In this document: in pieces, positions 7,809 to 16,916 of the stretch
Position numbering within the stretch: position 1 is the stretch's first letter
Layout: each line of letters opens with the position of its first letter
Assembly (NCBI GenBank): GCA_030731845.1
Contig: JANQTF010000300.1
Span: 8,471 to 72,470 of the forward strand
Length of the DNA stretch: 64,000 bases
Reading direction: 5' to 3'
Source of the DNA: Bacteroidia bacterium
GTDB lineage: Bacteria > Bacteroidota > Bacteroidia > J057
The notes under the pieces: model-generated
Databases searched by the model: none
What the model was told of the DNA's origin: nothing
The model's input: only the letters and a program-made list of their open reading frames with translations
Position numbers and translations under genes: made by a program

Positions 7809-10665
7809 ATCTGCCTCAATCCCCTTGAAACTACTTAGCGCCACGCTCTTAGGGTTTGGTGCTCCGGTTACCTACGACCTCGATGATTCCCTCTTTCTCT
7901 CTGGCCCGGCAGGACAGGGCAAGGAGAAGTTACTCGCCCTCCTCACTCATTGGTATCTTCCTCAATCAGAGCCCTTCCTCGACACAGAAGACCAGACTCC
8001 TTATCTCCTATATCAATGGAGCAAAGCAGGGAAGGCTCTCTGCTCTGTGCATAGCGTAGCCAAAGGAGAATGCGTGGCTTTCCTCATCGAAGGCAGCATC
8101 GAATCGAGCTGGGGGAAAGGGGAAATCCTTCCGCCTCTTGCCGAGTGGATAGAGGCTTTGCAGGCAGAGGGGCGGCGCACGAGTCCCATCATGTGGGGCG
8201 AGCAGGAGTGGCTGTCATGGCTCAATGGAAGCAGCGCCACAAAACCCAAACGCAATACGCCTGAGTTCCTTCTTTCTCCGCACATTCATCCCCACATCTT
8301 GCAGGCACTCAGATATCGGCCCGAACCTACTCCCTTTGCCTGGCAAGCCTATTTGTCTGCTACTGTCAGAAGGCAAATAGACCTGGGAGAAGATGTGCAT
8401 AAACGTTTGTTAGCCTATCGACAACACAGGGTCGAGCTCCTCCGTGACGAAGAAGCAGCCATCTCCTTGCCACAGCTCAGGCAGTGGCAGAGCACCGCCA
8501 AAAGCCTTCATCAAGAGAAGGCATTCTTAATGTCTCAGTGCCCAGCCATTTACCAACAACATCTCCAGGAAGGCGAAATAGCCCGGCAAAATCATCAGGC
8601 TCAGAAAGCTCTTCTCCCCCTTCACGAAAAACTCGACAGCCTCTCCCTCAGACTGGGTTGGCTGGAGTGGCAGATCCAGGAGTCACAAGCCGGGACCGAT
8701 CAGCCAACAGGAGCGGGATCAGAGCCAGCCCTGTGGTGGCAGGCCCGCAAGCTCATCGAAGCGGAGCTTCGCAGCGCCCAGGCAGCACAGCTCAAAACGC
8801 TTCATCTGCTATCTCAGCCCTTTGATGATGCGGCATCTGAAGAGGAATCGAGCATCATTTTCCGGGTGAGGCAATTGGAAAAAGAATTGCCGGGAAAATT
8901 CGCTGCCTTGGAAAAATCACGCCTCCAACTCGATTGGATCCGAAAGGAAAAAGAAGCGGAGGCAGCAAGAATAGAGGCAACTCAACAGAAAGAACACTCA
9001 AGCCTAAAAGAGCTAAAAGAAGAATTAGAGGCAAAATTAAAAGACTTGACCGCCGAGGCCCGCCGGCCTCAAAACACGCTGCGCCATTGGCTGGACAAGA
9101 ATTACCCAGACTGGAAGCAAGGACCGGGAAAAGTCCTCGCGCCTGAATTGCTAGCTAGCCGAGGCATGTTTCCCAGTATTGATCGAATCAACGACCTCTT
9201 CTTTGGTGTTCGGCTCAATCTTGATGACCTCCCTGAGCCCGAGGCCATGTCTGCGGATCTGTTACCAGACCTCGAGGAGCAAGTGGCAGAGACCCAGAAG
9301 CTATTGTCAGAGTTTCAGATCCGGTGTCAGCATGAAGAAAAATTGCTACAGGCACGGTATCGACAGCGCACCCGCCCTGTGCAGAAAGACATACAGCAAG
9401 CAGAATATGAGCTGCAACAACATGAGCGCGAGCTCGGCCAACTACGGCAGCGCCACAAAGACCTTCGCCACCATCGGCGACAAACATGGGAACAAACCCG
9501 ATTCCTCTTGCAATATGATCTTAACTCACAGGACAAAGAGCTTGCAGCACTTCAGGAGCAACTCCACGATCTCGATCTGCAATGGCAAGCCTGGCTCAAT
9601 CAGGAGAATCCTACCTTGCTTTCCAGCGCCAAGCTTAGTTCTCTTCTTAGTAGCTGGAAAAAAGAGAAAAAGCAGTTGTTGACCGCATTGGCCGAGGCTG
9701 AAAAAGCGCAAGAACTAGCGCGCGTGCATGCCAGCGAGGTACTTGACCGCTGGCAACACCATGATCAGCTCCTGGAGAGCTGGATCAAGGCCAAGGTAAT
9801 GCCCCGCCCAGCCCCGCAATCGACGGCTGTCTCAGCGCTTGATACTGCAACCTGGATCAAGCGGTTTCGTCTGTGGGAATTGGAATCTGCTGCATCTAGG
9901 CGGGAAGGAGAAGCCTGGCAGGGGCGATTTCCATGGCTCGCCATATTTGATTCGGAAGAGGAAGACCCCCTTGAATCCCTCGAATCAGCGGCCATCGCGG
10001 CCCGCAAAGCAACGCTAGCCCAGGCATGGTTTCCCCAGCTCAAGGTCATCGCAGCAGAATCCCATGCCATCCTGAGCTTGGCACAAGACATAGAGCGACA
10101 CTGGCAAGCCTGGGCAAAGTTGTGGGAGCAGATTGCCCAGAATAGTCCATGGAAGTCATTTGCTCCTTCATTTTCTGTAATGAACACATCGATGATTCGA
10201 GCACTCGAGGCCATTCGCGACCTTTGTCACAACCATCAGCATGCCGTGGCAGGTCCCAGCCTTTTCAACCATCAGGATCCACAACAAACTCTGGTTCAAA
10301 CCCTTCATTTGCTCGATAATCTCTGGGAAGCAAACCAACATTGGCAACACCAGGCCATGAGCCTCGATCTGCCTGGAGCCGGGGCACATGGACTTTCGAC
10401 CCCAAACACCGAAACTTCAGCCATCAATATTGCCTATCACACTAGCTACTTGATGACCATGGGCCACTCCCTGCCCGGGCCAGTGATGCTTGCAGCAGCA
10501 GATGAAATGCCCATCGATGTAGTTTCGGAAATCTCCTCCTTCGCTGCCTGCCTGCTTAGCTCACAGTGGCCCCTTCCTGTTTCGGGGCGGCACTTTTGGG
10601 TCACAAATACAGACAAAGAGAAGACATGGGAGGCATTGCCGTTCGCGATCGGCAATGAGGGATAA
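7783..10665 (+). CDS. SMC/JetC/MksB-like coiled-coil protein with degenerate ABC-ATPase head
   Basis: N-terminal head block IPLKLLSATLLGFGAPVTYDLDDSLFLSGPAGQGKEKLLALL (Walker A is GxxGxGK followed by E, not S/T). Two long Q/E/L/R-rich coiled-coil stretches flank a non-helical hinge-like segment (DWKQGPGKVLAPELLASRGMFPSIDRINDLFFGVRLNL, near 9.1-9.25 kb). The C-terminal head has LSTPNTETSAINIAY in the signature position and VMLAAADEMPIDV as Walker B. Start taken at ATG 7783 (M24 of the track ORF). Confidence 0.6.
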   Translation: MISNTAYPESASIPLKLLSATLLGFGAPVTYDLDDSLFLSGPAGQGKEKLLALLTHWYLPQSEPFLDTEDQTPYLLYQWSKAGKALCSVHSVAKGECVAFLIEGSIESSWGKGEILPPLAEWIEALQAEGRRTSPIMWGEQEWLSWLNGSSATKPKRNTPEFLLSPHIHPHILQALRYRPEPTPFAWQAYLSATVRRQIDLGEDVHKRLLAYRQHRVELLRDEEAAISLPQLRQWQSTAKSLHQEKAFLMSQCPAIYQQHLQEGEIARQNHQAQKALLPLHEKLDSLSLRLGWLEWQIQESQAGTDQPTGAGSEPALWWQARKLIEAELRSAQAAQLKTLHLLSQPFDDAASEEESSIIFRVRQLEKELPGKFAALEKSRLQLDWIRKEKEAEAARIEATQQKEHSSLKELKEELEAKLKDLTAEARRPQNTLRHWLDKNYPDWKQGPGKVLAPELLASRGMFPSIDRINDLFFGVRLNLDDLPEPEAMSADLLPDLEEQVAETQKLLSEFQIRCQHEEKLLQARYRQRTRPVQKDIQQAEYELQQHERELGQLRQRHKDLRHHRRQTWEQTRFLLQYDLNSQDKELAALQEQLHDLDLQWQAWLNQENPTLLSSAKLSSLLSSWKKEKKQLLTALAEAEKAQELARVHASEVLDRWQHHDQLLESWIKAKVMPRPAPQSTAVSALDTATWIKRFRLWELESAASRREGEAWQGRFPWLAIFDSEEEDPLESLESAAIAARKATLAQAWFPQLKVIAAESHAILSLAQDIERHWQAWAKLWEQIAQNSPWKSFAPSFSVMNTSMIRALEAIRDLCHNHQHAVAGPSLFNHQDPQQTLVQTLHLLDNLWEANQHWQHQAMSLDLPGAGAHGLSTPNTETSAINIAYHTSYLMTMGHSLPGPVMLAAADEMPIDVVSEISSFAACLLSSQWPLPVSGRHFWVTNTDKEKTWEALPFAIGNEG

Positions 10666-10721
10666 ATCAGAGGCGTCAAATTTTGTATCTTTGACACCTA
10701 CTCTATCAACAATACCAGCTC

Positions 10722-11948
10722 ATGGCATCCGGTATCCGCATTTGGTGGCGAAAACAACAGTTGTCAAGAACCCTTGGCAGCTGCGACGAAGCTGGCTTGA
10801 TCAGGGCAGTAGAAATAGGGAATGCCGCGGCGATTTCCTCCCTGTTGGAGTTGGGAGTTTCGGCAGATGCGAGGGATGAAAAAGGTCGTCCGGCTCTGTG
10901 TGTAGCCGTGCGTCAGGGCGACACTGTAACCACTGCTCATTTGCTGAAACTTGGAGCTAATCTGGCCCTCACTGATCAGGAAGGCAGGACGGCCATCATG
11001 GAAGCGGTCATTCACGGCGATAAATATCTCCTTCAGCATTTGCTGGAGTACCATCCTGATATTAACAAGCGCAATGCACTTGGGGAAACAGCCCTGCTGA
11101 TCGCAGTGAAAGAGGGAAATACAACGCTGGGACGGATGCTTCTATCCGCTGGGGCAGAGGCAGATCTGGCCGACCGCAACGGAATCACGCCCCTGATGGC
11201 GGCGGTAGAAGACGCAAAAGTGGCCCTCGTGAAAAGCTTGCTCGAAGCAGGCGCCAATCCCGAGCAGCGAGATCTGGCCGGGCGAAATACCCTCGACAGA
11301 CCGAGTCTGTCTCCCCGCATTCAGAAAATGCTGCAAGAAGCAAGCAGCCCCTCGCCAGGTAAGTCGGCTGGCACGGAGCCCATGCTGCCAGACCTCTTAC
11401 ATCGATGGCTTGGCTCGGCTACCCAATTACTGGGAACCGAACATGCTGCCCTCGATGTCACAAACAAAGGGCAAGAACTCATCCAATTATTAGGAAGCAC
11501 ATTTAGGCTAACAGACCTGGAGCGCTCCGAGGAATGGCTCCAAGGCGGAGCCGGGATGCTCGTGCTGCTTATGCAGGAGGTGCAGCGAGGACTCAGCCAA
11601 CTTTCGCTTTCGACAAAAGAAGAAGAAGCCGCCGAAAGCTGGAAAAAGCTCGAACAATTGGTGCGGGGCATGGCCTCAGGGCTCACAGCACCTCAGGCAA
11701 ATATTTCATCGGGGCCTGAGCAGCACATTCACTTTCACCTTCCACCGATCAATCCGGAGGGCGCCCTGCCACCCGACAAAGCCCTGAATGAAGCAATCAC
11801 TTCAGGTGCAGCGCGTGCCGCCAGGATCCTTTCCGAGATGCGTACGGGAGAATCCACCGGAGAGCTCAGCATTCACCTCAATGAAGAAGAATCGCCCGTG
11901 ATCCTGAAGCCCTCAGCCGAAGATCCGCATTCCCCCTCTCAGGCATAA
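10722..11948 (+). CDS. Cytoplasmic ankyrin-repeat protein with uncharacterised C-terminal half
   Basis: About five consecutive ANK repeats (GRPALCVAVRQGDTVTTAHLLKLGANLALTDQEGRTAIMEAVIHGD...GETALLIAVKEGN...GITPLMAAVED...LLEAGANPEQRD). No signal peptide. I cannot assign residues ~200-408 to a family. Confidence 0.85.
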   Translation: MASGIRIWWRKQQLSRTLGSCDEAGLIRAVEIGNAAAISSLLELGVSADARDEKGRPALCVAVRQGDTVTTAHLLKLGANLALTDQEGRTAIMEAVIHGDKYLLQHLLEYHPDINKRNALGETALLIAVKEGNTTLGRMLLSAGAEADLADRNGITPLMAAVEDAKVALVKSLLEAGANPEQRDLAGRNTLDRPSLSPRIQKMLQEASSPSPGKSAGTEPMLPDLLHRWLGSATQLLGTEHAALDVTNKGQELIQLLGSTFRLTDLERSEEWLQGGAGMLVLLMQEVQRGLSQLSLSTKEEEAAESWKKLEQLVRGMASGLTAPQANISSGPEQHIHFHLPPINPEGALPPDKALNEAITSGAARAARILSEMRTGESTGELSIHLNEEESPVILKPSAEDPHSPSQA

Positions 11949-11960
11949 AAAGCCGCTTGA

Positions 11961-12644
11961 TCAAGCCTCCCGAACCAGGTATTTATCAAAAATTTCACCC
12001 AATTCGCTCTTTTTGTCCTCTTTATAAATCTCAGCATGAAAGCCATGGAGGTGCGTGAGCAAGGGAAGCAACTGCGCCAATTCGGCAGGTCCAAGGTTAC
12101 CCGCTACGATCTTAGAGACCTTCTCCATGTTCACCATCGCATGATCCACCACTTCGAGACCTTGCTCGGTGATGGCCACCTGTTTGGACCGGCCATCATT
12201 AGGGTCCGAAAAAGTAGCGATGAAGCCCTGCTTGCTCAGTCTTTTGAGGATCTCGATCCCAGAAGTGATCTCCAACATGTGCTGATTGGTGAGCTCTGAT
12301 TTGGTCATGCTTCCCTGATATTTGAGGGTAAGCAAAAAGGTGAAGTCATCCAGCGTAGAAAGCGGACTCCCTTCAAGCGCCTTTTTGGTGTAGTGCTTGG
12401 CATACCGAAACAAGAAAGTAAGCAATATCGTGAGGATATTGTCGGGCGTCATGCCGCTTTTTTCTTCCTTCGAACTAATAATTTCTGCCGAAGGCTCTGA
12501 AAATAACAGGTCCTGTTCCAGTTTATTTCGCTCAAGAAGCCAGTGAATAAAGCCGGGAAGGTGAACCTCATTGGCCGCTGCCTTTCCATCAAACTCAGCT
12601 ACTAACTCCATTAACTGCTTCAACAAGGGCAATGCTCGCTGCAT
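11961..12644 (-). CDS. MarR-family winged-helix regulator with extended N-terminus
   Basis: GSMTKSELTNQHMLEITSGIEILKRLSKQGFIATFSDPNDGRSKQVAITEQG is a typical MarR wHTH and wing. Divergent from a TonB-dependent receptor gene. Confidence 0.75.
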   Translation of the reverse strand: MQRALPLLKQLMELVAEFDGKAAANEVHLPGFIHWLLERNKLEQDLLFSEPSAEIISSKEEKSGMTPDNILTILLTFLFRYAKHYTKKALEGSPLSTLDDFTFLLTLKYQGSMTKSELTNQHMLEITSGIEILKRLSKQGFIATFSDPNDGRSKQVAITEQGLEVVDHAMVNMEKVSKIVAGNLGPAELAQLLPLLTHLHGFHAEIYKEDKKSELGEIFDKYLVREA

Positions 12645-12772
12645 ATTTATTCGTTTTCGTAACAGTTTACCAAAAATTTACCTCAATAACGAAACAAATT
12701 CAACCGGAATATGTTCAGCAATGGACCCAAGACATTCATCAACCTTCTTCCTTATATAATTGTTTGATAAAC

Positions 12773-15148
12773 ATGCGCGAGCTATTTCGACCCTTTTTGA
12801 TCTTATCAGCCATGCTGATCCTGGCCAATCTACTCCAGGCGCAAACCGGCACCGTGAGTGGCAGGGTGTATGACGAAAACAGCAATGCACCGCTCGAATT
12901 TGCAGCTGTTCAGCTGGTGGGGACGAACCTTGGTGCGTTTACAGATAGTCTTGGTCGATTTGCTATCACCCAGATTCCGCCCGGGCTTTATGATGTGCAA
13001 GCGAGCTATGGTGGCTACGAGAACCTTGTCGCGTATGAAGTTCAGGTGAGCAACAGCAAGCCCTATGTGTTAGAGCTTGGCATGAGGGAATCCACCATCA
13101 CCACCGATTCGGTGGACATAGTTGCTACGCCATTCAAGCGAATTGAGGAGTCGCCCTTGTCACTGCGCACCATTAGCACCAGTGAAATCAAGCGTAATCC
13201 TGGCGGAAACCGCGACATCTCCCGGGTGATTCAGTCCTTGCCGGGGGTGGCAAGCACGCCGAGCTTTAGGAATGACATTCTCATCCGCGGGGGGAGCCCC
13301 AACGAAAATAGATTTTATATAGACGGCATTGAGGTGCCCAACATCAATCACTTTGCTACGCAGGGCGCAAGTGGTGGCCCTGTAGGCTTGATCAATGTGG
13401 ATTTTATCGGCGAGGTTGATTTTTACTCTGGCGCTTTTCCCGCCAATCGTGGCAATGCACTCAGCTCTGTGTTTGAGTTTCGGCAGCGTGAGGCGCGCAA
13501 CGATCGCCTTGGCTTCACTGCCACCGTGGGCCCAAGCGACCTGGCCCTGACGGTGGAAGGCCCCACGGGCGAAAATTCTTCCTTCCTGTTTTCTGTGCGC
13601 AGATCGTATCTGGAGTTGTTGTTCAAAGCACTGGCGTTGCCATTTCTCCCAGCCTATAATGACTATCAGTACAAGCACAAAATCCGTCTGGGGCAGCGCC
13701 ACGAGATCAACATCATCAGCCTGGGAGCACTCGATGATTTTTCGCTCAACCTGGGGGCAGATAGCACTGCTGAGCAGCGATACATTCTCAATTACCTTCC
13801 TGTGCAGACCCAATGGAATTACACCATCGGAGCGACCTACAAGTATTTTGGCGATCGAGGCTTCTGGACGGTGGTGGCATCGCGCAACATGCTCAACAAC
13901 CGCACCTTCAAGTATCCCAACAATGATGAGAACCTCAGCCCTACCCTCGATTATATTTCTCAGGAAATCGAGAACAAAGCTCGGATAGAATATACTGCCC
14001 GCAAAAACGGCTGGAAGCTGAATGCCGGGGTGAATTACGAATTTGCCAAATACACCAACGACACCTATCAGGTATTACCCTTTGGGGTGGTAGATTTCGA
14101 GTCAAGCCTCGATTTTCATAAGTATGGCGCTTTTGCGCAAGTGAGCAAATCCTTGCTCAAGGATCGCCTGACCCTCTCTCTTGGCACCCGGATGGACGGC
14201 AATAGCTATTCGGAGGAAATGCAGAAGCTATGGAAACAATTTTCTCCAAGATTCTCAGCTTCCTATGCCATCACGCCCAAGCTCAGCGCCAATTTCAACA
14301 CCGGCATTTTCTATCAGCTTCCTCCCTACACTGTGCTGGGATATCGCGACACAGACACCGATGAATTGGTGAACAAAAACGTAAGCTACATCCGCAATCG
14401 TCACGTGGTGGCTGGATTTGCCTACGATGCCCCCAACAATGCCCGTATCTCGATCGAAGGGTATTACAAAACCTACGAAAACTACCCACTCCTGCTGCGC
14501 GATTCCATTTCGCTGGCCAATATCGGCGGAGACTTTGGCGTAGTGGGAAACGAGGCAGTGGCCTCTATCAATGAGGGCCGCACCTATGGCATGGAGATCC
14601 TGGTTCAACAGCGCTTCTACAAGGGCTTCTATGGCATTCTCGCCTATACCCTCGGCTGGAGTGAGTTTCAGGACAAAAACGGCGTTTTTGTGCCTTCATC
14701 CTGGGACAGTCGCCACATCGTGGCGCTCACAGCAGGCAAAAAATTCAAAGGAGACTGGGAACTCGGTGCCAAATGGCGATTTACGACTGGCTCGCCATTT
14801 ACCCCCAATGATCAGCTCCGCTCCAGCCTGCGAAGCAACTGGGATGTATCAGGCCTTGCTGTACCCGATTTCAATCTCCTCAATACGCAGCGACTCAACG
14901 ATTTCCATCAACTCGATCTGCGAATTGATAAAAAATGGTTTTTCCGAAACTGGAGCTTTAACCTCTTTCTCGATGTGCAAAATGTGTACTTCAACACCCT
15001 CCAAGGCCAGCCATTTGTGGATGTCGTGAGAGATGACAACCTGCAACCTGTGGTCGATCCCAACGACCCAAGTCGTTATCAAACATATTTGCTCGATAAT
15101 CAGTTTGGAATCGTGCAGCCTACCTTAGGCATCATTGTCACATACTAG
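12773..15148 (+). CDS. TonB-dependent outer-membrane receptor (CarboxypepD_reg N-domain + plug + barrel)
   Basis: Signal peptide MRELFRPFLILSAMLILANLLQAQ. GTVSGRVYDENSNAPLEFAAVQL is carboxypeptidase-regulatory-like. Plug motifs are RVIQSLPGV and IRGGSPNENRFYIDGIEV. The C-terminal residue is aromatic (VTY). Start at ATG 12773 instead of the longer track ORF. Confidence 0.9.
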   Translation: MRELFRPFLILSAMLILANLLQAQTGTVSGRVYDENSNAPLEFAAVQLVGTNLGAFTDSLGRFAITQIPPGLYDVQASYGGYENLVAYEVQVSNSKPYVLELGMRESTITTDSVDIVATPFKRIEESPLSLRTISTSEIKRNPGGNRDISRVIQSLPGVASTPSFRNDILIRGGSPNENRFYIDGIEVPNINHFATQGASGGPVGLINVDFIGEVDFYSGAFPANRGNALSSVFEFRQREARNDRLGFTATVGPSDLALTVEGPTGENSSFLFSVRRSYLELLFKALALPFLPAYNDYQYKHKIRLGQRHEINIISLGALDDFSLNLGADSTAEQRYILNYLPVQTQWNYTIGATYKYFGDRGFWTVVASRNMLNNRTFKYPNNDENLSPTLDYISQEIENKARIEYTARKNGWKLNAGVNYEFAKYTNDTYQVLPFGVVDFESSLDFHKYGAFAQVSKSLLKDRLTLSLGTRMDGNSYSEEMQKLWKQFSPRFSASYAITPKLSANFNTGIFYQLPPYTVLGYRDTDTDELVNKNVSYIRNRHVVAGFAYDAPNNARISIEGYYKTYENYPLLLRDSISLANIGGDFGVVGNEAVASINEGRTYGMEILVQQRFYKGFYGILAYTLGWSEFQDKNGVFVPSSWDSRHIVALTAGKKFKGDWELGAKWRFTTGSPFTPNDQLRSSLRSNWDVSGLAVPDFNLLNTQRLNDFHQLDLRIDKKWFFRNWSFNLFLDVQNVYFNTLQGQPFVDVVRDDNLQPVVDPNDPSRYQTYLLDNQFGIVQPTLGIIVTY

Positions 15149-15303
15149 GGCGATGCAGAGATCCAATCATGCGAAATACAGCACAACGTGTGCAGCTTTG
15201 GCAGATATTCCGCATTCGTTGAGATTCTGAATTGTCAACGGCAAAAAAATCAGCTATTTTCACCCCATCATCTCACTGCCAAGTAAGAAAAGGCCTATCC
15301 TGT

Positions 15304-16596
15304 ATGGGAGACTGGAGAACATATCAAAAAAACCTGCTGCCTGACATCCCCAATTTCCACAAAATTGAGGTGTATGAAAAGGAAGGAAAAGGGTATCAGG
15401 CACTTCGTGCCGTGTTGACCGACCCCAAATGGGATCGCAAGACTGTAGTCAACGAAGTGAAAGACGCCAACATTCGTGGCCGAGGAGGCGCTGGTTTCAA
15501 CGCTGGCCTGAAATGGTCATTTATGCCTCCAAAGCAGGAAGGCCTGCCGCGCTACCTCGCCTGCAATGGCGATGAGTCGGAGCCAGGCACTTGCAAAGAC
15601 CGTCGATTATTTGAGTATAATCCACACACCATCATCGAAGGCGCCATCATTGCCTGCTACGCGATGGAAATGGATGCTGCCTATATCTACATCCGCGGAG
15701 AATACGCCGACTGGATCGACATCATGCAGAATGCCCTCGATGAGGCTTATGCAAAAGGATATGCCGGCAAAAACATCATGGGTTCTGGGGTAGATATCGG
15801 CGTGTATCTGCACAAAGGTGCTGGTGCTTATATCTGTGGGGAAGAAACCTCCCTCATGGAGTCCCTCGAAGGAAAGCGACCTTACCCAAGATCCAAGCCG
15901 CCATTTCCAGCACAGGTGGGTCTGTGGGGCAAGCCCACCACGATCAACAATGTGGAGACCCTTGGCCATGTGCCCTATGTCATCCGCAATGGGTCTGAAT
16001 GGTACAAATCTATTGGCGCTGCCAATCAGCCTGGGCCTATGCTCTATGGCATTAGCGGCCATGTAAACAGGCCCGGCGTCTATGAGTTTCCTTCCGGGAT
16101 GCTCATCACCGATCTGATCTACACCGTAGCCGGCGGCATCAAGGGCGGCAAAAAACTCAAGGCCGTGGTGCCCGGAGGAAGTTCCGTGCCAGTGCTCACC
16201 GCCGAGATGATCGAAGGAATCACGATGGATGCAGACTCTCTGCGCACACGAGGCACGTTGCTCGGTACCGCAGGCATGTGCGTCCTCGACGAAACCACCG
16301 ACATGGTGAAGTTCCTGCTCAGGGTGTCTAAATTTTATGACCACGAATCTTGTGGGCAGTGCACCCCTTGCCGCGAAGGCACCGGATGGCTCGTGAAAAT
16401 CCTCAAGAAGATCGATTCGGGTCAGGGCACAATGAGAGACCTGGACATGCTCATTTCTCTCTGCGACAACATGGAAGGAAAAACGGTATGCGCCCTTGCC
16501 GATGCTGCTGCGTGGCCGGTGAGAAATACGCTTACCCGCTTCCGCTCAGAATTTGAAGCCAAAGTAAAACAGAGCACCTTCGCCATGGCGAGATAG
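15304..16596 (+). CDS. nuoF: NADH-quinone oxidoreductase subunit F (51-kDa FMN/NADH-binding subunit)
   Basis: RGRGGAGFNAGLKWSF, ACNGDESEPGTCKDR, GAGAYICGEETSLMESLEG and the ESCGQCTPCREG 4Fe-4S motif. Start at ATG 15304; the track ORF starts at a TTG at 15232. Confidence 0.9.
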   Translation: MGDWRTYQKNLLPDIPNFHKIEVYEKEGKGYQALRAVLTDPKWDRKTVVNEVKDANIRGRGGAGFNAGLKWSFMPPKQEGLPRYLACNGDESEPGTCKDRRLFEYNPHTIIEGAIIACYAMEMDAAYIYIRGEYADWIDIMQNALDEAYAKGYAGKNIMGSGVDIGVYLHKGAGAYICGEETSLMESLEGKRPYPRSKPPFPAQVGLWGKPTTINNVETLGHVPYVIRNGSEWYKSIGAANQPGPMLYGISGHVNRPGVYEFPSGMLITDLIYTVAGGIKGGKKLKAVVPGGSSVPVLTAEMIEGITMDADSLRTRGTLLGTAGMCVLDETTDMVKFLLRVSKFYDHESCGQCTPCREGTGWLVKILKKIDSGQGTMRDLDMLISLCDNMEGKTVCALADAAAWPVRNTLTRFRSEFEAKVKQSTFAMAR

Positions 16597-16626
16597 CCAA
16601 TGAAGGACCAACTCACGAATACTCAA

Positions 16627-16656
16627 TAGGCTGCCTCCTTAGGCAGCCTATTTTTT
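16627..16656 (+). terminator. Rho-independent terminator of nuoF
   Basis: TAGGCTGCC / GGCAGCCTA stem followed by TTTTTT. Confidence 0.8.
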
Positions 16657-16721
16657 ATGCCTCTGCATGGGCAAGTCAGGACAGAGAAAGTGGACAATCC
16701 GTCGGCGATGGGCCTAGCCCA

Positions 16722-16777
16722 TCGGAAAACAAAAAAGAACATGAGCCACCCCAAAACGCAGGGATGACTCATGTTCT
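16722..16777 (-). terminator. Terminator hairpin downstream of rpmF
   Basis: 10-bp stem AGAACATGAG (16736-16745) / CTCATGTTCT (16768-16777). On the minus strand it is followed by TTTTTTGTTTT. Confidence 0.65.
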
Positions 16778-16916
16778 TTGATGGCACATCGGAAATCCGA
16801 AACACAAAAACACCAATACTCACAGAATAAGCTGATGATCCACGGAGCCGATGGCTGATCCGCAGAGCGCTACTTGTGGGAGTATTGGTGCAAAAACGAA
16901 GGGAAAGGGAAGAAGA

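Noticed and set aside
7203-11948. A canonical Wadjet (JetABCD) or MksBEF call
   Set aside because: No DUF3375/kleisin-like gene precedes the MksE-like gene; the upstream gene is a divergent 154-aa secreted protein. No Toprim/JetD-like gene follows. The module can only be called Mks-like.
13160-16344. Minus-strand ORFs 13160-13813 and 15607-16344
   Set aside because: Shadow ORFs inside the TonB-dependent receptor gene and nuoF respectively.
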